From: Macrostomum lignano
Lineage: Eukaryota
Direction: 5' to 3'
Assembly: GCA_002269645.1 (NCBI GenBank)
Contig: NIVC01000859.1
Coordinates: 62,001 to 126,000, forward strand
Length of the DNA stretch: 64,000 nucleotides
Shown here: in pieces, positions 9,538 through 19,302 of the stretch
Position numbering within the stretch: position 1 is the first letter of the stretch
Layout: each line of letters begins with the position of its first letter
Made by a program: the position numbers and the translations under genes
Notes under the pieces: model-generated
Told to the model about the DNA's origin: nothing
Database searches by the model: none
Seen by the model: only the letters and a program-made list of their open reading frames with translations

Positions 9538-10630
9538 CTAGATGGGCCACTGGGTCGGCCCCGCCCGCTTGTCCCTGGCCGGCGAGGCGCCCCCGCCAGC
9601 GCCCAGCCGCTGCACTGCGTCTATTTGCTGACTTTAGGCGGCTTGGTCTATGGGCCTGGCACCGGCCGCGCGGCAGAATTCGGCATACACCTCATAGGAG
9701 ACAGCCTGAACGCTCGCTGAATTGTCGAGCCACTGTTGGAGCGCCGCGCTGGTCCGGGCCATGCTAGTTTTGAAGCTTACTAGCAGGTGCCTCCAGTCGT
9801 AGCTATAATCGGCAAAGCTGTTGCACAGCCACGTGGCGCCATTGCGCACGATCGTAGAGACACCAAAGCTGTGCAACGGGGCGCAGCACCTCGAAGAAGG
9901 TCGAGAGGTGGCCCATGCTGTTGTTGGTGCACTCGAGGTCTAGCACCAACTGGGCTTCGCCGGTCAGGTAGTAGCTGCCCACGTGGTAGCGGGCCCGAGA
10001 CTTATTAGCGTGCTGGATGCCGTTGATCGGGCCAGGCAAGCCCGCAGCGTCGTCGCGCTGGCCCAGCGCACTCTCATCTAGGATTGCTCGCTCTAGATCC
10101 AGGACCTGCATGCAGGCGGCGAGCACATCGGTGGGGATCGCAAAAGCTAGTTTGTGCTTTTGCACAGCACGGGCCATACCGGCCGCTAGGACCAGGCGAT
10201 GGGTGCCAGATGGGCAGTCGGTCATTCTCAGGACTACGTCCTGCGCCAGGTTCGTCTGGGGCAAGGCAGGGCTGTACTCCGCGGGCTCTAGTATGCCTTG
10301 GAGGCCCATAGCGCGGAGCAGCCGCTTGGTGCTGGCCCAATGACCGATCGTATGCACCACCTTGGTATAGGTCTCAAGGCAGGCCTCATCAAAGCCGGGC
10401 CACGTCTAGAGCACCTTGAGGACGTAGCCCTGGAGGGTCCTGCCGCCGGTGTGGTGATTGGTCGCCCACCGCATCACTTTGCTAGCAAGCACAAGGTTTG
10501 CGGCAATGCGCAGCCGGCCCTGGTCCTCATCAATGAGGTGCCTGGTCTCGGCTACATGGGCCGGCTCGAGCTGGGTTGGGGCAGCCTCCACCAGAACGTC
10601 TCCATCTTCCAGTCTTACCCACCCGAGGGC
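9538..10630 (-). pseudogene. Endogenous viral element: Jingchuvirales/chuvirus-like nucleoprotein, 5'-truncated, with premature stops (10406-10408, 9634-9636) and one frameshift (~9880)
   Basis: Stitched translation has KVMRWATNHHTGGRTLQGYVLKV, HTIGHWASTKRLL, DVVLRMTDCPSGTHRL, RYHVGSYYLTG, GHLSTFF, STI..SFADYSYDW. This is the ordered motif series I recall for chuvirus N (KxNWWxxNHHTG, HxxGHWAST, PxGTHR, YHxGAxYLTG, GRLGTF). Confidence 0.82.
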
Positions 10631-10899
10631 AACGCCCGAAGAATCTTTCCGAGTTAGAATCCTTCCTTGGACTTGTGATGCACTTTTATATACTTTATTT
10701 AACTAGTTGGCGACCAGCCCCCCACTCTCCTACCCTCGCACATGACTCAGCGTACATAGCCTGATCGCAACTCTAGCTCATATTTAATGTACATTGCTCA
10801 ATGCTCAATATCGGCAACAGTCAAATATTCTAAATAAATATAATCGCATCGACCGTCTAGGGGCTCTAAGCTTTTTCTCTTCGGCCAGTTCTGCCAAAG

Positions 10900-12319
10900 C
10901 ATACTTGAACTCTTACAGGACTGATTACGTTCTTCTCGCGATTCATTCCAAACCTTTCTGGAATATCGGCTCCGTTGGTACACCTGAAGCGCAAAGTTGT
11001 GGAGTTTCGTTGGGGCGCAAAAGAACAAAATGCGTTCAGAAATCTTCAGAAATCACTTTCAGAAGACGCTGCTTTGCATGCGTACGACCCAAAGCTACCG
11101 GTTGAGCTCGAAGTAGACGCTTCGCAAATTGCCCTTGGTGGTGTCCCGAGTCAACAAGGACGCCCTGTCTTGTACATCAGCAAACTTTTGTCATCATCGG
11201 AGCGAAATTATTCACAAATAAAGCGAGAAGCGCTTGCGATAATTTGGGGTGTTAGAAGATGTCATCGTTTTCTCTGTGGCAGAAAATTTAAGCTAATAAC
11301 CGACCATCGCCCTCTCGTGTACATCTTAGCTTGTGACATAGAGCTACCATCGAGAGTGTCCGCAAGGCTGCAGTGATGGGCGATATTTCTCACGGCGTAC
11401 GATTACGAGATCGAGCATCGTAAATCTAAAGCTATGGCATCTGACGCGCTCTCAAGATTGGTTCCGCAAGGAAGAAGCGGTGAAACACTCGAGATTGGTA
11501 ACATTCACACCGTTTCAACTTCACTGTCTCTGGAAGATAGAGGCTGTGAGTCCTTGGGATAGAGTCCATATCGAATTTGCAGGACCGGTCGACAACCGTT
11601 ACATGCTCGTTCTGGTAGTGGTAGATTCTTACAGCGGATATCCTGAAGTCCATGTTACTAAAGATATGACTTTTCGAACTGTCATTCAGTGTCTCAGGAG
11701 GACATTTTCTCAGCTTGGAATTCCAAGGACACTTGTGTCAGATAACGGACCATGCTTTATCAGCAAGGACTTTACGGAGTGGTTGGCAGGAATTGACTGT
11801 GAGCACCTAACTATCGCAGCTTATCAGCCACAAAGTAATGGGGTTGCAGAGCATTTCGTACGCACGCTAAAAAAAAGCATCAAGGCAAATGGCTTCAGTC
11901 AAGAGTCTGTTGACCGCTTCTTTCTGTTTTATCGGACATCAGACAATAAATCGGGATCTTCACCAGCGGAGCAGCTACTGGGGCACAAGCTCAGGGTTCC
12001 GTTTACTAAGAGGCCAGTCGGACTAGAGGATCCAGTTATCTACAAAAACGAGAGAGACAGGCCCATCACTGCAAAACTGCTCTTGCCTATCGGAAGGAGC
12101 ATGGCCATGATCAAGACAGATGAACCGAACTCGAATTATCGGAAAGTTCACCTGGATCAGCTACATCCGTACAGTCCAACCGGCGAGGAGCCCGCAGAAA
12201 CCGACAGAATGCCACCCGGAGCTGGCGAACACGTGGAAGGGAGAAAAAGAGGAGCCTCCACAACAAGAGGGGCTGCGTACATCTCCAATCCCTGCGGTTC
12301 CCGAGGATACTATGATTAA
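10900..12319 (+). pseudogene. Gypsy pol remnant: RT thumb, RNase H and integrase core; HHCC region deleted
   Basis: GLITFFSRFIPNL, VDASQIALGGV, SERNYSQIKREALAI, TDHRPL, DALSRL, PWDRVHIEFAGP, VSDNGP, PQSNGVAE. Stop at ~11374 plus frameshifts. Confidence 0.92.
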
Positions 12320-12432
12320 ACTCAGGAGAAGCATCCGACTTTCGGAGAAACCCAAAGTTAACTATAAGTGCTAAAATTTGTTTCTCCCGCATTAACTTAA
12401 AAAATTGTTCTTTGCCATTGTAAGGGGGGAGA

Positions 12433-12625
12433 TGTTGGGTGCGGCCATAAACGACTCAGTCGCACACACACCCAGCCATGAGCTAAATAAGCGATGCTTT
12501 AAGCTTGGAAATAAAAAAATAAAAGTTCGATAACATGAAATAAGAAGCTCTGTTCAGAGTGCAAACATTTCGGTGACCTTGTTGATCTTGACTCACTGTC
12601 TTCCGCTAGAGAAGAAGTCATAACA
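12433..12625 (+). repeat. Gypsy 3' LTR
   Basis: TG...CA termini, preceded by PPT AAGGGGGGAGA. Confidence 0.93.
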
Positions 12626-12849
12626 AACTGCAACATACTTCATCCACGAAAACGAGAGCTTAATTTAGAATATGCCATAGACAGTAGCGTTTGCGCTAAA
12701 TGTTTCATCCCAGTTAGCAAAACTTTTCGTTCTCAGTCCAATTCATTTAACAACTTTAGTTGATAGAAAAACTAATAGTGTCAGCATTAGAAGATTAACT
12801 ATCTATGTTAGTCTAGGGGACGAAATTTTTGTAGTTTGGGCAAAATCAA

Positions 12850-15800
12850 AGTCTTAATTTATTTGCACCACGGTGCAGATAAATGCCGCTACCTCCTCGT
12901 GGTCAGAGTGGAGAGCCGCGCTTAACTGCTGCGGCGGCCAAATGCGGCAGGACTAAGCGAGGGCAGCGGAGCGCCCGTCGGCGTGTTGAGCGTCGGCGTG
13001 AGCGGAACCGACGAGGCCGGCTGCGTGGCGCCGCCCGTCGAACTGCCGCGCGGGTCCACTCGGATCCTCCGGGTGGCGCCGGGGACCGTGAGGCTCAACT
13101 GCATTAAGCCCCAGCCGTACCACAGGGCATGCTTCGGGTCGGGACGCTGAACTGCCGCACTCTCAAGGCTACTTGGCGTAGAGGTGTGCTGGCGAAGCTA
13201 GCGTACGACCTGAGCTGCGACGTCATTTCGCTACAGGAGGTGTCTATCAAGGCCGACCCGGGACTTCATTGTGAGGACTTGGGCGCCGGGTGGACCCTCT
13301 TCTATACTTCTGCGGACCAGCGAGGTCGTGGAGGAGTTGGAGCGCTGATCGGGCCGAGGCTGCAGCAGAGCTGTCGCTGCATCTCCCCCCCCCCGGTTGC
13401 TTCGGATCGACGTCCGGCTTCGCGGTCAGAATGCTCGCCTGTTCTGCGCGTACGCGCCCCCTGCCACACGCCCTGACGAGGCTCAAGAGTTTTTTGAGCA
13501 GCTCTCAGCGCAGGTAGAGGCGACGGCGCAGCGTGACACAGCGGTCGTCCTCGGAGACCTGAACGCAGACCTGCGTAGGTCCGAGAGGTCGCTGTTCGTG
13601 ACGTGGCGGGAACAACAACACCGAGGCATTGGAGGACTTCCTGGAGAGGCAGGACATGGTGTCGGCCAACACCCGCTTCCGCAAGCCACTGAGTGGTCTC
13701 GCAACCTTCGTGGGCTGCAAGCGGAGGCGACGGAACGCGCGTGGCAGGAACGCAACCCGGAGACAAGCACAGCTCGACCACGTGCTCGTGCGTTTCCGTG
13801 AGCGTCGTCGCGCCGTCAACTGCCGTACCATCACGCCGCTGGCTCTGCGGTCCGATCACCGGCTCCTCATCTGCAACCTCAACCTTCGCGATCCGCTCTA
13901 CCGTCCGCCGAAGCGGCCACCGCAGCGCTACTACCGCGCGCTCAGAACCACCGATACGCAGCGTCGCTTTGCTAGCGCCTTTAACACCGCGCTGGGCGAC
14001 AAGCGTGGAAGTGCCGAGTATGCGGAAGTTTGCGCTGCAGTCAGAACCGCCGCGGAGCAAGCAGTCCCGATGATGCAACCGGCTCAACGTGGGAAGCCGG
14101 TCTGGCAGGACGACCCCGCGATTCAGGCAGCGAGGGAAGATCTGGAGAGGCTCCGCTTGAGCAGGCGACCAACCCGCGAGGCAGAGGTAGCTCTGGCAGT
14201 TGTCTACCTGCAGCGCCAACAAGCGGATGTCGATGACGCCATTCAGGCTGTCTCTGCCGCTGGGCCCGATGCCAGAGGGCGCGTGGCCTGGTCCACCATC
14301 AACGCTCTGACGGGGCGAAAGCGGCGCAATCCACTGAACTGGCTGGTGACACTCCGGACGAGCGCAGGAACGAGCTGCGCGAGTTCTTCGCCGCCATCGT
14401 TAACGCGCCGCCACCCCCGCTGCCAGACAATCTGACACTGCCGCCGGAGACGCCGTTGCCGGCAGAGGAGAGTTTCAGCGTAGCCCCAGTCAACGCAGCC
14501 GACGTTGTCAAGCTCGCCCAGCAGTCCCCGGGCGGGTCCGGACGAGGTGCCTATCGAGGCGTTGCGCATCCCCTGTGTTGCCGCTGAGGTCGCCAGAGTG
14601 ATGAACCGCGTGCTCTTCGGTGAGGCGGCGCCCAACGAATGGACCACGGCGCACATCGTCGCTGTTCCAAAGAAGCCGGGCATCACTAGGCTTGAAGACC
14701 ATCGAGGCATCTGCCTTCAGTCCTGTGCAGCGAAGCTGTTCAACCGGATGCTGCTTTCGCGGTTGCAGCCCGTGCTGGATCCGTACCTGCGCCCAGAGCA
14801 GAACGGGCTCCGGCCCTATCGCGGCACAGTGGCGCAGATCCTGGCTCTTCGCGGAGTCATCGAGGAGGCGTGGATTCGCCAGTCGATCCTGATTCTAATC
14901 TTTATTGATTTCAAGAAGGCATTCGACTCGGTTGTCAGAGCCGTGCTTCCAATGGTTCTCCGCGCGTACAACGTGCCTGGGCAGCTGATCTCCGCCATCA
15001 TGGCGATGTATCGTGATACGACAGCTGCTGCGACAACACCGGACGGCCTATCGGACTCCTTTAAGACATTCTCCGGAGTGCTTCAGGGAGATACGCTGGC
15101 GCCGTTCCTGTTCGTCCTGGTGCTTGACTGGGTGCTGCGGACTGCTCTTCCTACCGACGACGACGGCTTTCTGCTGCAGCGACGCGTGGGTCGACGTCAA
15201 CTGGAGAAGCGGCTCATCGTGCTTGGCTACGCCGACGACCTCGCCCTGCTATCCTCGACCGTCGAGGGCGCCCAACGGCAGCTGGACAGGCTAGTTGCCG
15301 TTGCGGCGAGCGTCGGCCTGGTGGTCAACACGCAGAAGACCGTTGTGCTCTGCGTGCCGGACGACATCGAGGCTGCAATATTCTGCCGAGGCGCTGACGG
15401 GCAGGCGACCGAGCTCCCGCGATGTCAGCAGTTCTTCTACCTCGGCGGTCTGGTTCCAGACGCTCGCGAGGACCTGCGACGCCGCCGCGGACTTGCCTGG
15501 GCTGACTTTCGTTCTGTGAGGGCAGTCCTGCAGTCCGAGGCCCTACCGGACCGCCAGAGGGCGGCGCTGTTCCAGGCGGTAATCGAGACCGTCCTGCTCT
15601 ACAACGCCGAGACCGTCCTGCTCTACAACGCCGAGAACTAGACGCTGACGGACTCGCTCAAACAGCAAGTCGATGCGGCGCACGCTGGCCTGCTGCGCGC
15701 CTCCTTCAACATCGGCGTCGAGCGAGTCAACAACGCGGCACTCTATCGCCGCGCTGGCCTGCCACGTCCAAGCGATCTACTGCGCCGTCGGCGACTCCAG

Positions 15801-16045
15801 CCCGCAGGCCATCTCATCCGCGCCGAGTCGTACTGCCCACAGCCGGTGCAGGAGGTGCTGCTGCTCACGCTGCCGGCACCCTACCGGCGAGGTCAAGCGC
15901 GAACTCGGCGTTACGTAGACTGTCTGCTGGCTGACGCTGGCGCCTCGGACACTGCCGGTGGCGCGGCCTTTGTTCGCGCCCAAGCCATGAAGCGCGCCCT
16001 GTGACGCTGACTTTTGCCATCCTGACAGCGTATTTTGTTGTTGTT
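12850..16045 (+). mobile_element. Full-length RTE-type non-LTR retrotransposon (APE endonuclease + RT), frameshifted
   Basis: GTLNCRTL, SLQEV, GDLNA, LDHVL, SDH (APE); RGICL, FIDFKKAFDSV, GVLQGDTLAPFLF, YADDL (RT). (TTG)n tail. 10-bp TSD GCAAAATCAA at 12840-12849 and 16046-16055. Confidence 0.9.
13129..15641 (+). pseudogene. RTE APE-RT polyprotein split over several frames
   Basis: ORFs 13129-13476, 13397-13801, 13629-14435 and 14505-15641 are consecutive pieces of one protein. A 24-bp duplication (gagaccgtcctgctctacaacgcc) and a stop lie near 15590-15640. Confidence 0.88.
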
Positions 16046-16220
16046 GCAAAATCAATTGCAAAAAGGAACAGTTTAAAGCCACTTTTACTCTAGGCATTAC
16101 TTTGTGCATAGTAAATGAATTCTTAGGAGGCTCACCCATTGTTCATTCTCAGGGTGTTCGGGCCATTGCCGCACCTCCTGCAATGTAAAATTCCAGGCTA
16201 CGTCCTGTCGATTTGCGTTT

Positions 16221-16485
16221 CCCAATGTAGAGATAGGGCTCATATCTCCGCAGTGCTCAGCTGTCCCCAATGTAGAGATAGGGCTCATCTCTCCGCAGTG
16301 CTTAGCCGTCCCCAATGTAGAGATAGGGCTCATATCTCCGCAGTGCTCAGCCGTCCCCAATGCAGAGATAGGGTTCACATCTCTGTAGTGCTCAGCCGTC
16401 TTCAATCTATCCATAGAGATGGGTCTCACATCTCCGCAGTGCTCAGACATCCCCAATGCAAAGAGATAGGGCTCATATCTCCGTA
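16221..16485. repeat. 45-bp minisatellite, ~6 copies
   Basis: Unit cccaatgtagagatagggctcatatctccgcagtgctcagccgtc. Confidence 0.92.
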
Positions 16486-17689
16486 GTGTATTTTTCCTTC
16501 ATTTGCATTGCCGCCTATCTCGCCAGTGCTAGTGCGGCAGTACCATAATTCGCCCTACTACTGTCATAAAACTTGACCTTCTTGCCGTTTTTGGCGTTTA
16601 CCTTGATACCGTTTTTGCCAAGCCAGTATTGGAGGATTCTTATGTATTTTTGGAGGTGTGTAGAAGCAATTTCGTTGTTTAGTGAATAAGAGCAAGGCGG
16701 TGGTTTGTTTAGGTTTTTTTAACAAAAATTAGATCAGTATAAGAGTTAGAAATCTGAAGTTTTTATACTACGCCATAAGATAGGTAGGAAAGTATGAAAT
16801 GCCCAGGTGCAATGAAGGGCGAGGCAAAAAAGCACAATGTAACGCCCCAGATAGCCTTTAAAAGGGCAAACAGAAGCAGCATTAAGATAATTAATCAACT
16901 GTCAAGTCAAATTTGAATGACCGAATCTAATAAAGCCCCTTTCCATTCCAGTGAGTAGCAACACCCCGCCTCAGGCACAATGGCGCTCAAACCGGCCGGG
17001 AGAAGCAAACCGAGGAGAGGCCCGGTTTAGACAGCAATGACGTCAAAAAGAGCAATCGGCCCGTGGCACGCGTCAGAACCTGGCGAACTTTGAAGGAGAA
17101 ACGCACGGCCCGCCCACGGACTTCTATTCAACCTGAAGCTGCACAAGAGGGCGAGATCAACCCCAAGTAGCTTGACAACTGAGAGAGAGAGAGAAAGGAC
17201 TGCATCAACCATATCAACCATGGTCAGAGTTAAGAGAAGGAAAATTAAGCTCTTTGTCTTTGTAATCCTTCTATCTCAAAATTTACCTAACTCAACGCAT
17301 AGATTTGCAAAACACCCAAATAATCTCTAACCCACGCACTTAGCAACTTACTAGAACTAACTAAATTCGTGTACAACTAGGAGAATGAGTCCCAGATTTT
17401 TTATTGCTGAAAACCCCCGCCGTTGCTAACCACGCGAAGACACCCCACCGGCGGCGGGGAGGTCAAAAATGCCAATCTGTATAAAATAGACGCCCATCTC
17501 AAACCGGAGCGGTGCTACTTTCTCGCGCGGTTTCAGATCTTAACCCGCTCTATTTGTGTTGGTCTCATGGATTATCCAGTTGGCTTAAATCTAAGTCTTG
17601 AAATCAATTATTTGCCTTAAAAGGTTACGCAGAGCGAATTAATATTCGTGTGATTCAATTCAGGTTCTTGATTCTTGCAGTCACACGGG

Positions 17690-17875
17690 GGGAATGATTT
17701 CCGACACATTTTTAACCAGTGTCATGAACTCTTCAAGCCAGCGATAGACAGCACTCTTTGAGATCGCGCTTACTCCGTGGATTTCAGTCAGCTGGCTAAC
17801 AATTTCGCTACCTCGCTTCCCCAATTTCTACTGGGAGAACACGAACTGGCGCTGACCTTCTTTCGACGAAACGCT
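17690..17875 (-). pseudogene. Mariner-type transposase N-terminal HTH relic
   Basis: Hand translation RQFVFSQ*KLGKRGSEIVSQLTEIHGVSAISKSAVYRWLEEF resembles the Mos1-type HTH (EI...L...YG..A.S...VY.W...F). Confidence 0.55.
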
Positions 17876-18203
17876 AAACATTGAACAATTGAATATGGAA
17901 AAAAGAAAATCCACTCAAGCACCACATCGATTTCCGAGATTGTCTATTGTTTCTGTTGGTGTCAGTGCTGTTTCTTTTGTCAACTCTGCTTCTGGTTTTA
18001 CTGCTTCTGCCTTCTTTTTGCCTAATTTTCCCACTATTTTTGGGACACCCATTGAATGAGTTATCTAGACTTTAGAGTGATGCACGGCTATCTCATAACT
18101 GTTTACACTTAAATTAGACATTTAATATTGCAGTAAAATTTGCTCATTCTAGTGTAATTTGAACCTCAGTTTCTCTACTAAATCTGGAGCACAAGCACTT
18201 ACA

Positions 18204-19254
18204 TGTAACTCGCGCAGCATACGGCTGGATATTATCAAATAATGATTAAAAGTAATGGAAATCGTTTAAGTCACTGCACTAGTCCTTAAACTCCGCGTGT
18301 CCAACGTTGATATTTATTGGTGACAGTAAAGAATTATTAAATAAATTAGATAGTACAAATGGTGGGCAGAAAGCTACATGCAGGAAACAAATTACGTCGT
18401 ATGAGTTAAAAGCAGGCGGCAGTACGACATCGCAAGAACGATTTAAAAATGCCTAAACCATGCCACAGACGACATGTTGACTCGATCCCTGCTGAAAACG
18501 GTCCGTGCAGTTCAAGGCGGCGTAGTCACTGGCATCTCTGTTTTCGCTGAGGGGGGAGTCGAACTGATGCTATTCCGGGCGACGGTTCTCTCCGGAGTCC
18601 GGGATCAGGGGATTGGGACTTGACGAAATAACTATAAGGTTGGATCAAAGGTGATATCTTGGGTCAGTTTAATCTATGATTGATTGCTGATTGCTGATTG
18701 ATTGCTGATCCTAGGGCTGGGGGCTCGTCCAGGGTGAGCATGAATCTGCGTCAGGTGATTTCCGAGGTTGGGGACTGGTCTACTAGCAGCAGATCGTGAA
18801 AGGTACTGGAAACATCAGGTGGGGAAGGAAACGAAGTATTTTAGATATCAGGCAAAATGAGCAGCTTATATAGAGCTGGAATCGCGTCTTATGCGCGTGG
18901 CTAGTGATGCACAAGACCTTGAACTGCGCTGGACCTCACCTGCCTAGCCCTACGTTGATTGGCTAATAGAATCTGGTTTGGAAGAGATGGCTTATGAGAG
19001 GGGGAGTTCATTTGGTGAATTCCGGTTCAGTGATTTCGAACAATGGAACGGAGTTTGAAGAAGGGGGAAAGGAATGGGATTTGCGTAGTGATGAGTTATC
19101 TGATGAACCTTATGGCGAAAGGGGCCTGGATATCCAGGGTTCTGATCGCGTTCGGTGGACTTAAACCGTCATTTTTAAGGCGTTGGTTTGGCTACCAAAT
19201 CATAATAATCAGCCTGGTTGATCTTTGTTACCTTAAAAGTCATTAGCTTGTACA
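18204..19254 (-). mobile_element. Probable solo LTR (~1.05 kb)
   Basis: TGTA...TACA termini, 4-bp TSD TACA (18200-18203, 19255-19258), minus-strand CTATATAAG (~18865) and AATAAA (~18314), no coding capacity. Confidence 0.45.
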
Positions 19255-19302
19255 TACACGCCTTTTCTGTCTTTCAGTAAGTTACGTCAATTGTTGATAA
19301 CA

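Larger units (their letters stand above)
9324..12625 (+). mobile_element. Non-autonomous Ty3/Gypsy (Mag/K02A2.6-like) LTR element carrying an antisense viral nucleoprotein gene
   Basis: 193-bp LTRs at 9324-9516 and 12433-12625. 5-bp TSD AACTG at 9319-9323 and 12626-12630. PBS at 9518-9535, PPT at 12422-12432, RNaseH-integrase remnant present. Confidence 0.93.

Noticed and set aside
16838-17685. Solo LTR call
   Set aside because: TG...CA ends and a TATA-like motif are present, but flanks CACAA and CGGGG do not form a TSD. Not listed as a feature.
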